NCBI RefSeq assembly: GCF_018977255.1
Contig: NW_024704743.1
Span: 35,218,001 to 35,282,000, forward strand
DNA from: Callorhinchus milii
Taxonomy: Eukaryota
DNA: 64,000 bases
Reading direction: 5' to 3'
Shown here: positions 1 through 13,879 of the stretch, one piece after another
Position numbering within the stretch: the stretch's first letter is position 1
Layout of the letters: each line of letters starts with the position of its first letter
Notes under the pieces: model-generated
The model's input: the letters and a program-made list of their open reading frames with translations, nothing else
Databases searched by the model: none
What the model was told of the DNA's origin: nothing
Position numbers and translations under genes: made by a program

Positions 1-950
1 GACGTGGGATGTCCTCCTGACATGTAATTTGTTGTTGTTGTGTATGTGTAAGATACTTCAAGATCATAAGACACTCAGCTTCACCTTGTGCTTTGATTGG
101 CATTTTGTTCCCTCTTTAAGGGAATCTTTTGTGCTTTTGTCCAGTTGAGTGAAACTGAACACAAAGTTAGAATTGTGACTTGTCAGACTGAAGTGCAAAC
201 TTGTATCCCTTCATCTGGTAATTCTTATTCAGTAGATTTGGTAATAATTTCAAACCGATATCTAGGATTTTTTGTTCTATTTTCTTTCAGTGCTTTCGGA
301 AAAAGGGTTTTATTCAGTTGTAACTATTCCTCATGGTTTAACTGCCTCCAGATAAATTGTGTAGAGACCTACCCCACTTCCCCCTTGTTCATATACTGTA
401 CCTGGAATATTGGAAGGATTGGGCCTGATGGCTTAAATGGCCTTTTTTAATTCCATATTTTCTATTTCGATTCAACAATTTTCTGTTGCTAAATATTGAT
501 AGCACTTTGATGGATTAATACAGGAACTTGTGCTACAGTATCAGCCCATCAGTCCACAATGGCTACTTCTGTGACTTTCTCTCTTTGGTCTTCATTCAAT
601 ACCAATTCCTAATTTAAACCCTGTTGAATGCCAGGGATGAGTAGATGATGTCTTCGTTGGACCACTTTTTCAAAATGTAAAGCAACGCTCAACTGTCCCT
701 TTCATTGAAAAGTGTGCTGCTCACGTCCCAGCTGATTCCCACAGTCCCGTAGAAAATCAGTGGAGTTGCAGATTCCATTTTACACCAAAGCATGTGTCCA
801 GCTGCACCTTGGTAGAGACTTAAGTAAAAGCTGCATGTGGTCCCAAGAGTGCAAGGAGTTCCACATCAGTTTCAAAATAACCTTCCCAGCTGCCAACCTG
901 TTCAATTCCTTCCCCCTCCTCGCCCCCATCCTTCCTTGCCCCCATCCTGT

Positions 951-1315
951 GGAGTCCTGTAGCTCAGTGGTTAGAGCCCTCACCTTGCAAACGAGAGACC
1001 TGGGTTCGATTCCCGGCAGGGGAAACGTTGGGCAAGTTTCCTTACTCCATACGTCTCTGTTTACCTAGCAGTAAGTAGGAACCGGTTGTTAGTTGATTGG
1101 TGGATCGCTTTTCTGGGGGTAATACTTTCTTTTTTTAAAAAAAAGTCACTCAATCCACAACTGTTTGTGGGACACTGTTGTGTGCAATTGGCTGCCGTGT
1201 TTCACCCATAAAATATACAGTCTATTCACTTTACAATCTATTCGGTGAAGCGCTTTGAGACGTCTCGAAGATGTGATAAGGCTATATCAAAGGCAAGGAT
1301 TATTATTATTATTAT
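951..1315 (+). mobile_element. Young tRNA-derived SINE, long form (type A)
   Basis: Head GGAGTCCTGTAGCTCAGTGGTTAGAGC, B box GGTTCGATTCC, middle ctgtttacctagcagtaagtagg, L2-like tail ending in (ATT)n. Confidence 0.93.
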
Positions 1316-3253
1316 CCCTCCTAGCTTCCATCCACCAGTCTGTGTATCTGATTGGCTTACAGGTAATTTTTTTTTATCTCTTTCATTGGCACATCCTTTG
1401 TTGAGTACTTGAAGTAATTTCCTCAGCTCAGTCTAGAGATGGACAGGAAGATTTCATGAATGACACTTTTTAGCCAGTTGTCCTTGGCTACTGAGAACTC
1501 ATTTCAGTGTTTGAAGTGTCTGTAAAGATGCCTGTTATAGTGTTCATTGTACTGCACCACTAGCCTATGCCACACTGGATGATACTGGGCTCAGCTCTGG
1601 AACCAGAGGCTAATGGGACTTTGGAAATCCAAAGTTTGTAAGCTTTTGGCTCTAAATGAGTCCCTGAAGCAAGTAGTTACCTCACCAGCCAGTATGCGAA
1701 GGATTCCCTGTCAAGGCTATCAGGAAGGCAGCACAGTGTAGCATTTTGCATATTCCTCCTTTTTATTGACTTGACAGCTCAAGTGCTTTGGTGCCAGAGT
1801 ACTCCAAGTCCGCCTGAAGATATAGATCCTCAGAGTCCCTGCTTTTGGCTTCTTAATTACTTTGGTGATGTGCTGCCATTTGTGTGTGGAGGTTGAATTT
1901 GAGATTTGCTGCCTTAGATAAGGTATACCTCAATCTTTGGGTTGAAGTTTAACCTCTGGATATACAAGATTCCTCTCATTTTCTTTATGTTTTCGTATTG
2001 CGTGGAGTTTGACAGCCGTCTCTGGCGCACCAGTACCTTGCCTAAGTGAACATTCTTCCCTTGTGGCCCGAACGTTCAGTCAACATCCTCATACCCTTCC
2101 CTCTTCCAATCTTGCTCAGTAATCCACATTGTCTCTTTAAAACACTTTGAGATGTTTCCTGGTGTGAAAGTCATTATATCATTCCAAGTACTTATTTAGG
2201 GCTCATTATACCACTGTACAACACATTTATTTACTTCCATTTGGTAATATAAATTTAAAAATGTAAGTTACACAATGCAAGTTGCAGAGATTTGTGAGAG
2301 GTAAACATTAATAAAGTATATTTGTTTACTTGTGCAGTTTTATCCCCAAAGCAATTCCTTTGTTTGTATTGTTAATATGATCACAGTGTAAAGCATTATC
2401 ACGCAGAATTGAAGTTTAAAATATTATTTCCCTCAGTTTAACCTATAGTAAGAGTCTTGTGCCTCAACAGTGAATGTTTTGATTTAGAATGGATTGATAT
2501 CTAGGTTTGGAAGCCTGAATCAGAGTGTGGTCAAAGTTTTACTTTAGGTAGAGATGATTGAGTTAGCAATGATGGGCAGCAATATGGTGGGATTCTGATA
2601 GGCTCGGGAGCCGGAGATGGTCTCACAGGCCATGAATGCCCACGTAGTGAGAGAGTTACCAATCTCCACTGTGCTGTAGAGCAATGTGGAGATCAAGCAA
2701 ACTCAGAAGGTGAATCAGCTCTTACTAATAAGGAGTGAGTGGAGACTCGTGGGGAGTATAAACACCAGCACAGACTCATTGGGGCAAATGGCCTTTTTCT
2801 GGGCTGTACATTCTATGTTATACAGTAAGTCTTCCTACTTCTGTGACCTAACCGCCTACCAACCTGTTCGCTCCCTCCGCTCAGCGGGCTCCGGCCTGCT
2901 TCACGCTCCCCCTTGCCGGTCCCACCATTGGCGGGTGGGCCTTCAGTGTCAATCCAGAGTAAATAGCTCTGGAATTTCCACGTGCAGATGGGATGCATGG
3001 AATTCTCAGTTTGGGTTTGATACCCTTAAGCATGGTGATGGGTTTCCACATGTACCAGCCACCTGGCTGAACCCCCAAAATTCCCTGCAATTGATAGACC
3101 CTAAATCTATCCACCCATACACGCACTTCCCAGCAAAGGTCACTGGAGGTCAATTGGAACACTGGCTGATTCTTCCCATCGCTCCATTCATTTTATTTTC
3201 CTTCCTGCTCCCCTCCCTCTTCTCCCCCCACCCCCAACACACACTACCATAAC

Positions 3254-3298
3254 AAGTTTGAGGGTCATAGTGAATAAGTCACTATGACCCTCAAATTT
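3254..3298. repeat. Perfect 17 bp inverted repeat with a 5 nt loop
   Basis: tttgagggtcatagtga-ataag-tcactatgaccctcaaa. Confidence 0.95.
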
Positions 3299-4954
3299 AC
3301 ATGATCATTCTGATTTGGGAGCTGAAGAAATCAATCACCTGAAATTATCCCAGCATCGTAAAATAATTAAATCTGTAAATGAATCGTGATAATAATAATC
3401 CATTAATTTGATATATCGGTTTATCACATTGTTGAGACATCTCAAAGAGCTTCACAGAAGATACTGTAAAATGAATTAACTGTGTATTTTGTGGGCGATA
3501 TAATAATGAGAACACAGAATGTTGTTTCCTCTATGTCAAGCCGTATACCTGCTTATACAGTATTTAGCTGGTAAACTCCTGCTAGAAATAGAGCAAACGA
3601 CACCAACCTTAATACTTGGACCTTTTCTTATTTTCATCATTAAGTTTTGCATTTATTTCATTTATTTCCTCCAGTAAAGTCTGTAATGTCAAGGCCTTGG
3701 GGAGCTCAGTGAAAGTGAAGCAAATGTCTCCTGTCAAAAGGTGATGGGAGCTGAGAGCAGAATCACAACTCAAAGTTTGTTATCTATTTAATTTACTGGA
3801 AAACTGTGTTTCTTCTATTGATTTCCGTTGCAGCATTCATTAGTGCGCAACATTATTTGTCTACTGGTTAGTAACATATTAAGGTATGCGCTAGAATTCC
3901 TCTGAGAGACTTGGTCTGGAGACATGAATAAATATCAGATGGGAATGAGCCCAGTGGACCTAGCCAGGCATTCTTTATACCAGACAAACCAATACGGCAT
4001 CTGTTGACTTTAGTGAGGGTAACATTTGTTGTTATGTTGGCATTGATCACCTGGCAATGCAGAGTCATTAGTCATGTTGTTAGGTTCATTTTGTTTCAGA
4101 CACAATTTGCTGCACTTCAGCCTTGATCGGCCCAAATATGAAGCCAGTCAATTGAATTATTGACTGTTGCAAACCAAAAGGTGTTGATCAAAGCTGAACT
4201 ATACAGACCAACAATTTGTGCAGTTATTACTTTACGCCATGTAAGTCTGTGAAGCTATATTATTGATGAGACTTTTAAATTGTATTCTTCCCCAGTTTCG
4301 TTTTTATTCCTTTTATATTATTGTTTTACTCTTGTGCCCTGTTTATATTACAGGAAGTTAAAATGATCGTTTCCAGCAGCAAAGCAATACGAAGCAGGAA
4401 TCTTATTTTATACTCATGAGTTATTATGACTCCTCATCACGTTGGCTGGGCCATGTGCACAAATCCTAAATCAGAGTTTAGATATTTAATCTTTATCTGA
4501 TTAACATTAAACAAATCTTTTAATTTCTTGGCTGGTCCATGACCCTTTTCCTACCCCCTAAAAATAATGGACTTTTTGAGACCAGAACCACAGTAAGTTG
4601 CACCCACATTTGGCAAGTCAAAGAGTTCTGAAAGGGCCCTCAACAGTGGGGTTCAGTGCAATCCCCTTCCAACATTTCTCGACTCCCACGACAAAACACA
4701 GTATAAACACAGCATAAGGTTCTCCCATTGCACCCAACCTGTTCCACTCTTTGCTTTTACTGTTGTTGAGCTGCCAACTAAAAGCTGTGTGGGAAGAGTG
4801 ATGGATGATGTACTCTCTGAATTTTTATTTACTTAATGCCTTCTGCTCCACTCAAAAACCGTAGCCAGAATAAGAACAGGACCTCATTCTGTGAGGAGTC
4901 ATGGGATCCATAGTTTGTAACACTCCTTTCGCGCACTACACAAAAAAAATGGAA

Positions 4955-5238
4955 ATTAAAGGAAACAAAGGGGATGTGAGGAGAAACTTTCACACAGTGA
5001 GTTGTTGGATCTGGAAATCATTGCCTGAAAGGGTGATGGAAGCTGATTTGACAACAACTTTTAAGAGAGAAGTAGATCATTATTTGGGGAGGAGAAGTTT
5101 GCAGGGTTATAGGGAGAGAGCAGGAGAGTGGGATTGATTTTGATAGCTCTTTTCCAAGAGCCGGCACAGACGCGATGGGCCGAATAGCCTCCTTCTGTTC
5201 TGTATAATTCTATGATTCTACGTTTCTATGATTCTATG
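4955..5238 (+). mobile_element. CR1 3' end
   Basis: WKSLPERVMEAD; gggccgaatagcctccttctg; (ATTCTATG)n tail. Confidence 0.9.
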
Positions 5239-8200
5239 AAGTGGAGAGGGACAAACACATTTAATGATTATTTTATGGAATGAGAAATATTTCTGTGACA
5301 GAAGAAGTGTTTTATTTTATTGGAGAGAATTCCTCACTTCACCCGTGTGGAGTATAAACACCTACACGGATTGAATGGCCGAGTGACCTGCTTCCATGCT
5401 TTACATTCTTTGTAAACCTCGGCAACAAGAAACGTGGCACCCACTGTGGCAACGTGGCACCCATAAATGGAATCTTGTTGTTGTTTCATTAATAAGATTC
5501 ATTTTGATGCTATTTCTATTATAAAGTACATATTGTATGTTTACTGAATCAAGGGCTGAAGAATTTTAAGTTCTACGGAGAAAAGCCTGTTTTAAGATTA
5601 AAGAAGAAATTGTTGTGTTCCTAAGTCTTAATTTAGAAAACATTTGACACAATCGGTGGCACATTTCTTGTTGCCTAGGTTTACAAGGAATATACAACAT
5701 GGAAGCAGTCCGTGTAGGTGTTTATCCTCACACAAGTCTCTACCCATTCCCGTACTCCCTCCCATACCCTTCTATTCCTGTCTCCCTAATGTGAAAGTCT
5801 GGCTTTCTCTTGGATGTATATGTACTATGTGATTGAACCATCACAGGTAGCGAGTTCCACAATCTCACTAGCCTCTGTGTGAAGTAGTTCTTCCTAAGTT
5901 TGAATCCAGTGCAAACTGATTAGATGAATTTTTACTTATTGCTCTTTGTGCAACATTGCTGGCACAAATAAGCAGCTGCATCTTTGACTGCATAGCAAAT
6001 GTCGCTACACTTTTTAAGTAACTCATTATGTCGAGTTCTGGAAACATGTAACAGGATAAGGCGCTGTATCAAATGCAAGTATTGTCAGCCATCTCCCTTG
6101 TAATATTTAGCATTGGAGAAGTTCAGAGAAGTACGTTTAAGGTTTACCCTTTAAATAAATTTTCGTCATCAATTTACGCCGCTGTTAAGCGATCTGAGAC
6201 ACTAACCGCAGGAAGCACACTATATAAATGCAAGTTGTTGTTGCTGCTGCTGTAAATACAGATCGTAGAACAATAGTGTAGAAATAACTGTTACCTGAAT
6301 ACCATTTGGTATTCTAACTACTATCTCAATCCGATACATCACAAAACTTTGCAAGGTAAAGTGTCTATGTGGAATAATTTCCTGCAGACTTAATACAATT
6401 TTCAATTGCTGTCCAATCCATTTGACATCGGTGCATCCTATCAGTCATTCTTACTGCCAACTGCTCAAGGTTTAATCTACAGTATCTCAGAATGTCATAG
6501 CCAACCTCAGCAAGAAGCAAGTACAACCCTGTGTGCGCACATGTGTGTTTTAAATATTTTCTAGTCCATATTTTCTTTTCAGCCAAATTTTTCTAATTTA
6601 TCTGATTCTTTCAAAGTCCTTCCTTCAAAGGTGGCAAAGTCTTAATCTTTCAAGTCGTGCTCCTGCTGCTTGTCCCACTCCAGCATCGGGCTGTGGCAGG
6701 CGTGTGCTGTGCACAAAGGTAATGGAACATTGCTAATTTTAACACTTTTCCAAATCCCAGATGGAGTGTTATGCTATCGTTCCGCTTTCCAGCCGAGAGC
6801 TAATGTAACATTCGCATTGAAAACCCTCTATTCAGGCTGCTCAGACACTTGAGACTCAGGCCTCCTAAGTGAGCCTCAGATTCCGGGTTGCGACAGAATT
6901 GTTAGTGTAATAATAATTTATATTTGTCTAAATAATACCAAGATTGGACTGAGTGTTGAGTATGGTTATCTAACTGCTGAGTTAACCAAACCAGTTGCTA
7001 GACCCACTTGAATCAAGTTAGAAAGTGGTCGTTTTTACATTTGCAATAAAAAGGAGAATTATAATACGATATGGGGGGAAATACAGAGAACGGGATTGAA
7101 TTGATTGCTCTTTCAGAGAGCTAGGCACAGCAATGCCAAGCCAAATGGCTTATTTCTATGCTGTCCATTTCTATGGTTCTAAGCCTTTCCCCCTCTCCCC
7201 ACCTTATTCACCATGGTGTGTTTTGGAGTAAATTTGCCCCACTGAGGTGGATGACAATCATAAAATTGAACTTCCTTATTATGATATTGGATTAAAAAAA
7301 TCCTGTAAACTTTTTAAAAAAGTATTGCTTTTAATGAATATAATGCTTTTAAATAGATTTTTCACAACGTTTATGGTCTAGGAAAAAAACAGAGTAAATT
7401 ACTTCAAATTAATCCAAATGTTATGAAAATATTTATGGATGGAGCACTTTTATATCTGTAAAAATCGAATTCTGAAGTATCGTAACTTAATTTTAAAAGT
7501 GCTTTTCTGGCTTACTCTAATTATAAAGTTCTTAATTATACTATTAGCAGTGTGTTAAGGAGCGCTAATCGAATAATTAGCAGATCCCATGGCACTCTTG
7601 GAAAAAAGAATGGAGTTTCTCGCAGTGTCCTGGCCAAAATTCCCCAAATAAAATTGGTTATTCACACCATGGCTGTTGGTGGGACATTGCTGTGTGCAAA
7701 CTGGGACTTGGCTGCCTTTGGAATGCTCCTTAGGAAAGCCTTAACAGATTTCAATAACTTGAATACAATTCAGAATAATCCATGCCTAAATTAACTATGC
7801 TGATGAACTTCGACTAAAGGTATTTCGTTGCAAATAATTTTCACATTTATTGTTAAATAGTTTCTAGAAAATAACCATTTTATTTAGTATTAAAAATAAA
7901 GTCTGTCCCAGTGGCGTAGAGTACATAAAATAGTGGTAATTCACAAGTTATAACCATAGAAATTTATAGCACAGAAGAAAGCCATTCAGCGCATTGTCAG
8001 TACTGACTCTGTTAGCAGCAATCCTTTCAGTCCCATTTAGCTACCCGTTGCCTATATCGATACCCAGTTCTCTCTTGTTCTATACTCAATGAATTGCCAA
8101 TCTCAGCCTGATGCATCTCACCATAGAAATGGAGGGCTAATTAGAACAAACCAAATTGAATAATTCTTATGTATTCTTTAATAACTACATTTTCAATTCA

Positions 8201-8293
8201 ATAACCAAGGTGAAAGCCACAGTGCAGCAATAAAGGTACGAGATACGATGAGCTAAATTAGGAAGTCATGGTTAAATGAAATTATTCATCAAC

Positions 8294-8702
8294 TGTGTCA
8301 GTCTGGGTTAGTTGGTAGCAATCTCACCTTTGAGTTTGAACATTATGGCTTCAAGCTCCACATTGGGACTTGGAACTCACATCGTCTCACTCCATTATAG
8401 TGCTGGGGATGTGCTCCGTTGGCGGAGGTCCCGTCCTTCGGATGAAATGTTGAATCGAGGTCCTTGGACCTGTTCAGGTGAATGTTAATGATCCAATAGT
8501 ACTATTTGAAAAGAGAATAGTGTCTCCCAGAGTCCTGTTTGCTTCTGAATGGTTGTTTTTGTGCGACATTGCTGTTTGGAAAAATGGCTGCCCTGTTTGC
8601 CCACAAAACACAGTCATTGTCCACTTTACAGTATATCCTATGATGTGCTTTGGGATGTCATCCCAATGTGAAAGGCTTGATACCAAATGTAAGGATTATT
8701 AC
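8294..8702 (+). mobile_element. Older DeuSINE (SacSINE1-like)
   Basis: Head tgtgtcagtctgggttagttggtagc, Deu-domain-like cttcggatgaaatgttgaatcgaggtcc...gatcc...gtcctg, L2-like tail. Confidence 0.8.
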
Positions 8703-9771
8703 AATTCTTGGATTTTAAAACCCTAAATTGTAGGTGAAAGAGAAGACTGTTGGAGACGAGGATTCCATAGGTATAAGGTTCTGGGAAAGAATTGAGTTTG
8801 AATAGGATGCAGTGCAATGATTTTTGATTTCAACAGATTGAGAATGATTTCAAAATAGAGAGGGAGAACAACTTGTAGGATGATGTTTTGGAGCTTGGGT
8901 AGAACAAGAGTGGTAACATATTGTGGATAAAACAGAAAAAGACAGGAAAGGTTATGACAAAAGCTAGAGGTGAGAGATTAATCATGTATCAGGTTCTAAA
9001 CTTTGCAGATTTTAGAGAGCATGATTGACGAAGGCTTGAAATAGATCAATGGCTTTCCCTTGATCAATGGGAGTGCGAAAGGGGGAGGGAAAAAAAGGAA
9101 CAAAGTATAAGGGGAACTTGTTTTTTTTTAAAAAAAGTGATTTTGCCTTGTATCTGGCAACTTTTATTGTTATAATAATAATTCTTGCATTTGATATAAT
9201 ACCTTATCACGTCGTCAAGACGACTCAGCTCTTCACAGGATAAACCGTAAAGTGGATTGTATTTTGTGGGTGAAATGTATTTATTTCTGAATCCTTTTGC
9301 TGTATGTTCTATTTTTACTGCTGTCTCTTTGTGTTACCAACATATTTGAGCAGTTTACTGTTAATTTTGTATCTGGGCCATTTAATTTGATTAGATTCAA
9401 AGTTGTGACCTTTTGTAGGACTTCACTCAACATTCTTTTCCACCCTCTAGTGGAGACGAGCACTTTGATATGCTGCACACTCCACTCAGAATGGCGCATC
9501 ATTACATTTACAGCACCTTGTACCACAGATTCCTCAAGTATCAACTTTCCCTGGCAGAGCAATGTTGACAGACTATGATTCAAAAGGTATGTTCTGCATA
9601 TACTCTGGTCATGCTCCAGCATTCAATCTTTCTGGATAACAATTTTGGAGTTTCCACATTGACAATTTTTGCAATCCTCTCTGGCCCATAAGGACATGTG
9701 TAGTTCTTGTTGCTGGCAGTGGGGAAGATGCAGCACTAAATTTTGGCAATAACCGCGCACAAAGCACTTGT

Positions 9772-10143
9772 GGAGTCCTGTAGCATAGTGATTAGCGTTC
9801 TTGCCTTTCTAAGCGAGAAAACCTAGGTTTGATTCCTGGACGTGGCGAAACCTTAGGCAAGTTGCCTTATTCCACATGCTGCTGTTTATCTAGCAGTAAG
9901 TAGGAACCCGGTTGTAAGTCGATTGACAGATTGCTTTCCAGAGATAATAATCCTAATAATAATAACGTGGTCAATCAATCCGCGCCTGTTTGTGGGACAC
10001 TGCTGTGTACAATCGGCTGTCACATTTAGCCCACAAAATACACAGTTAATTCATTTTACAGTATATTCTGTGAAGCGCTTTGAGGGGTCTAAATGGTGTG
10101 ATAGGGCCCTATATCAAATGCAAGGCAATAATATCATTATTAT
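9772..10143 (+). mobile_element. tRNA-derived SINE type A (diverged)
   Basis: Same head, middle and tail as 951-1315. Confidence 0.9.
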
Positions 10144-11589
10144 TTTTGTTAATTATTACTACCTGTCAATTGGAGGGAATGATCCACAGGGCCTTTCAGA
10201 ACATGGTGCAAAAATGTTAGCCAAAGCTGGGGTCTGATCCAGCTGGAGGTGAAATCAGGATGAAAAGGCTTCACAGTAAATTGTTCAGCATACTGAAATA
10301 TAGCACTACTGAATGGGTCCAATTGATTATATTTGAATTTAATAGCAAAAAATGTTTTAAAATATTTTCAGAAAATGCTGTCAGACGAATCGCTGAATAT
10401 TTCTCATTTACTAGTGATAGACCTTTAACTTATGTGTCAGAAACCTTCTGACAAATGTATATTGCACAAATTGCATTCTGCAGACTTCATATTTGCATGT
10501 TACATTGCAAATGCTCAGGATTTTTTCAATTTGAAGTATTTAATGGTAACTAATGGCTATTTTAGTCTTCTCCATTGCCAACCTAGGATGCAACCCAGTG
10601 CTATGCTATTCTCAAATGCCTTATTTTTTCCCCTTGCAAGCAAGTGTCACAGTTTCTAATTGCATTTATGCTAGAAGGTACAACTCCAGCACTTTGAATT
10701 TAAAGAGGCACAATAACCTGGGCTGTATTCAGCAGTAGAACTGCGTTCCCAGTTTTCTGTCTGCTGTTACTTGAATTTCTTCTTTCACATCATTATCAAA
10801 TACTGTATAATCTTTTGAGTTGGAGCTTTCAAAAACATTTATATTGCTCTGACATGAGTCACATTGGTTACACAGATTGTTCGACTGCAGAACCTTAGAA
10901 GAAGAGCCCTATAGAAATGCTACAAGTAGAGGCCTTTTTGGTTTAATGATTTCCACAGCTCTCAATAGATTAGGACTATCAAAGCATGATTTGTGTCATG
11001 CAGGGAGCTGAGAGACAAACTACACGATAATGGTCAAATTTAGAAGTGACATGATAAAATGACTGCAGTAATAAGTGAATGATTCTTGACTGCAGCTTAA
11101 TATGAAGGAGAGTATCCACTGCATCTTAAACTAACCTATGCTGCTTCATCATGCATGCATTATTGAAGATGAAAGAAATTCCTTTGTTAGACTAGAGTAT
11201 TGAGTCTTATGTTCATCAAGCGGACATATCCATCATGCAGGACATATCCAGATCCAAATGGTTCAGGTTGTTTTTCACACTTGTTGCAACGTTGCAATGA
11301 ATCCTTTTCAAACTAAATGTGTTTTCCAATTTGAATAATGGGTTCAGTTCATAAGAAACTCCGATAATTAGAGCAGTGACATGAGTTGTGATTCTTGTTT
11401 TATTAAACTGTTCATTTTATTATTTTCTAAATGTAATAGTCAATGCAACAACAAAGATGGGGAGAACAGTTCAGTTCTGAGACTAGAATTGTGTAAATCA
11501 GTCATTAATTATATTGAGAAATTATATAAGAGTGTATCATACACCAAAAAAAGGCAATATATTATATATAATCAATATTTGAATGAAGA

Positions 11590-12400
11590 GAGATGTCCAG
11601 GGATGGGAACAGGCTGCAAGGTCCACAGATGAAAGCAGAAATCTATGTTGACAATCTATGATTGAATCCTTAGAAACTCACTATACTGAGGGAGGGTGTG
11701 AAATCGACGATTAGGTGATTTGAGTGCAAGAATCCAATTGCTCCTGGGCAGTCAACATAAAGCTTTTGCATGGTTTTCATCTATAGGCAGTAAAAATTGG
11801 AGGCACGTGCACTTCATGGTCAGGATGAAACTTGCTAACGTGGTCGATGAAAGAACCCTAGGGGTCTTTTGGCGAATCATCATTCACTAATGTGAAAATA
11901 GGGTGAGACAGCAGTAAACAGGGCAAATAGGGTCAGAGCAATGTTGCCAAATTGATTCAGATCCAGAATCCATGTTGAGGCTGTACAATCCTGTGGTCAG
12001 ACTGAATCTGGACTATTTCATATAGTTCTGGTTACCGTATCATAAGGGACCAGTCCAGGCACAGAGCAGGAGAGACCAATGGGGTGATCCCCAATGTTAG
12101 AGGGATGAATGCTAAAAAATAGATTCGACTCTTCAACCTTGGAAGGAGGTAGTGTAGAGAGGACACGATGCATAGTGTTTTTTGTAAATATGAAATAAAA
12201 CGAACATATAAAAAGACACAAAGCAAAAAAGTCAAGACCAACAGCCGCTTCTTGCACTGCCCGCCAAGCCTTCCAAAAGCTAGAACATCCTCCTTTATGG
12301 TTAATAATGAGGTCATGGTACGTCCGCAGATAATCGTGTTTTTTCAAGAAATATTGCCATGCTTAAAATATCGAACAGTTGCAATAAAATATGTGAAGAT
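11590..12400 (+). mobile_element. Very degenerate CR1 3' region
   Basis: ctgtacaatcctgtggtcagactgaatctggactat...gttctggttacc resembles LY..LVRPHLEY..QFW. Confidence 0.55.
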
Positions 12401-12534
12401 AGTATTTTAATGAAAAAGACAGCCAGAAGGATAGAAATTATAAGAGTATACATATTTCATGATGCCTGTTTTAGAAAGGTTCATTAACACATTGCATCTT
12501 CTATCTTTGAAGTTAGGTACAATTTTTTATGTAC

Positions 12535-12662
12535 AGTGTGTTTTGGGTGCGTGTGCGTTTTAAGTGTATTCAATGTGTGTATGCGCATATGTGTTTTTTT
12601 TGTGTGCAGATATTTGTGTATATTTTGTGTATGTATGTTTGTGTTTTGTGTGTGTGTGTTGC
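12535..12662. repeat. Degenerate TG-rich simple repeat
   Basis: Seen directly. Confidence 0.8.
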
Positions 12663-13557
12663 ATCAATAAAATGCCTGATATAATGAGGATTCCTTTCCC
12701 CCTTTATGACAACTAAGTAATGCCCCTGGTTTTGTGTTTTAAAATGTTCTATTCTGCCTTGAACACGGCTTAGAAAGTGGACACAAAGAGTACAGTATAC
12801 ATGGTGAATCTCAGTCTGGTCATAAGTGGTTGGTTACTGCAGATGGCATGTGTGCAACTCACTTCTGCCTGCTGCTGTGGAATGTGTACTGACTGCTCAA
12901 TTTCTATTCCTTTCTGTAGAGGAATCAAATTCTTCCTTTGAAAAAAAAATCCACGACTTTAAATTATCAATGTTTCAGGTGTCCATCCATCTTCTGCATG
13001 TTAATTATTCATATGTTTCTCTAATCTGCTTACCATCGTTGAGGGAGTTTGATTATTTCAAAATCTTCGTAAAATCTGACCTTGGGTGTTCTACATGATA
13101 GTGAATGGTAAGCAATATCTACATTTTTCATGCTGTGCGTTGGGGGAATGTTCTTTCAAAAAAGGTGCAGGATTATGTTTCGGAATCTTGCATAAATTTT
13201 TGAAGCCAGAATCTCTTGAACTATATTCTTTACGTATGACGATGGGGAGAAACATCATACAGTATCCTGATGGAACAACTAGCAAATTCTGTAAATCCCA
13301 GAGGCATATTAGCGTTGAATACAAGACTGAAGCAAAGTTGCGGTGTTTGATTAAAATAATGCCGCAATAAAATAAATCACACAATAGGTTTGGATGAAGA
13401 AGGCCCTTCAGGCCACTTGATCTTCTTATTCCAGAATATGCACTCTACTGTCTTTGCATCACAGTATCAAACTGTTCCTTAAAATAAGTCCAGTGTCCGT
13501 ACCTCAACCAGCCTTCTTGTTAACCCATTCCAGCGATTGATTGCCACCTGTGGGAAG

Positions 13558-13879
13558 ATAATAATAATAATAATAATCCTTGCATTTGATATAGCGCTTT
13601 TCACGTCAGGAGGACGTCCCAAAGCGCTTCACAGAACACACTGTAAAGTGAATTGACTGTATATTTGTGGGCGAACGCGGCAGCCAATTGCGCACAGCAA
13701 TGTCCCACAAACAGTCGTAGATTGAAAATGACCAATTTAATTATTGTTTTTGGTTTTGGAGGGATTATTATTAGGCGTGTGGAGTAAGGAAACTTGCCCA
13801 AGGTTTCGCCCTGCCTGGAATTGAACTCAGGTCTCTCACTTGCAAAGCGAGTGCTCTAACCACTGAGCTACAGGACTCC
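13558..13879 (-). mobile_element. tRNA-derived SINE, short form (type B1)
   Basis: Near-identical reverse complement of 35524-35858; (ATT)n tail. Confidence 0.95.

Noticed and set aside
1380..2060. Possible old transposon ORF remnant
   Set aside because: The portions I translated gave no recognisable domain motif, so it is left unannotated.
2686..3252. 188 aa ORF
   Set aside because: It spans a CR1-like tail, an L2 fragment and the unclassified repeat, so it is a mosaic of repeats.
6296..6382. Minus-strand 87 bp open segment bounded by cag and gtaaca (EIIPHRHFTLQSFVMYRIEIVVRIPNGIQ)
   Set aside because: Poor polypyrimidine tract, no recognisable protein and no partner exons.
10371..10410. 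NAVRRIAEYF resembling LYRM4 YAVRRIRDAF
   Set aside because: Only a short match, on the wrong strand for a head-to-head gene, and the similarity does not extend.
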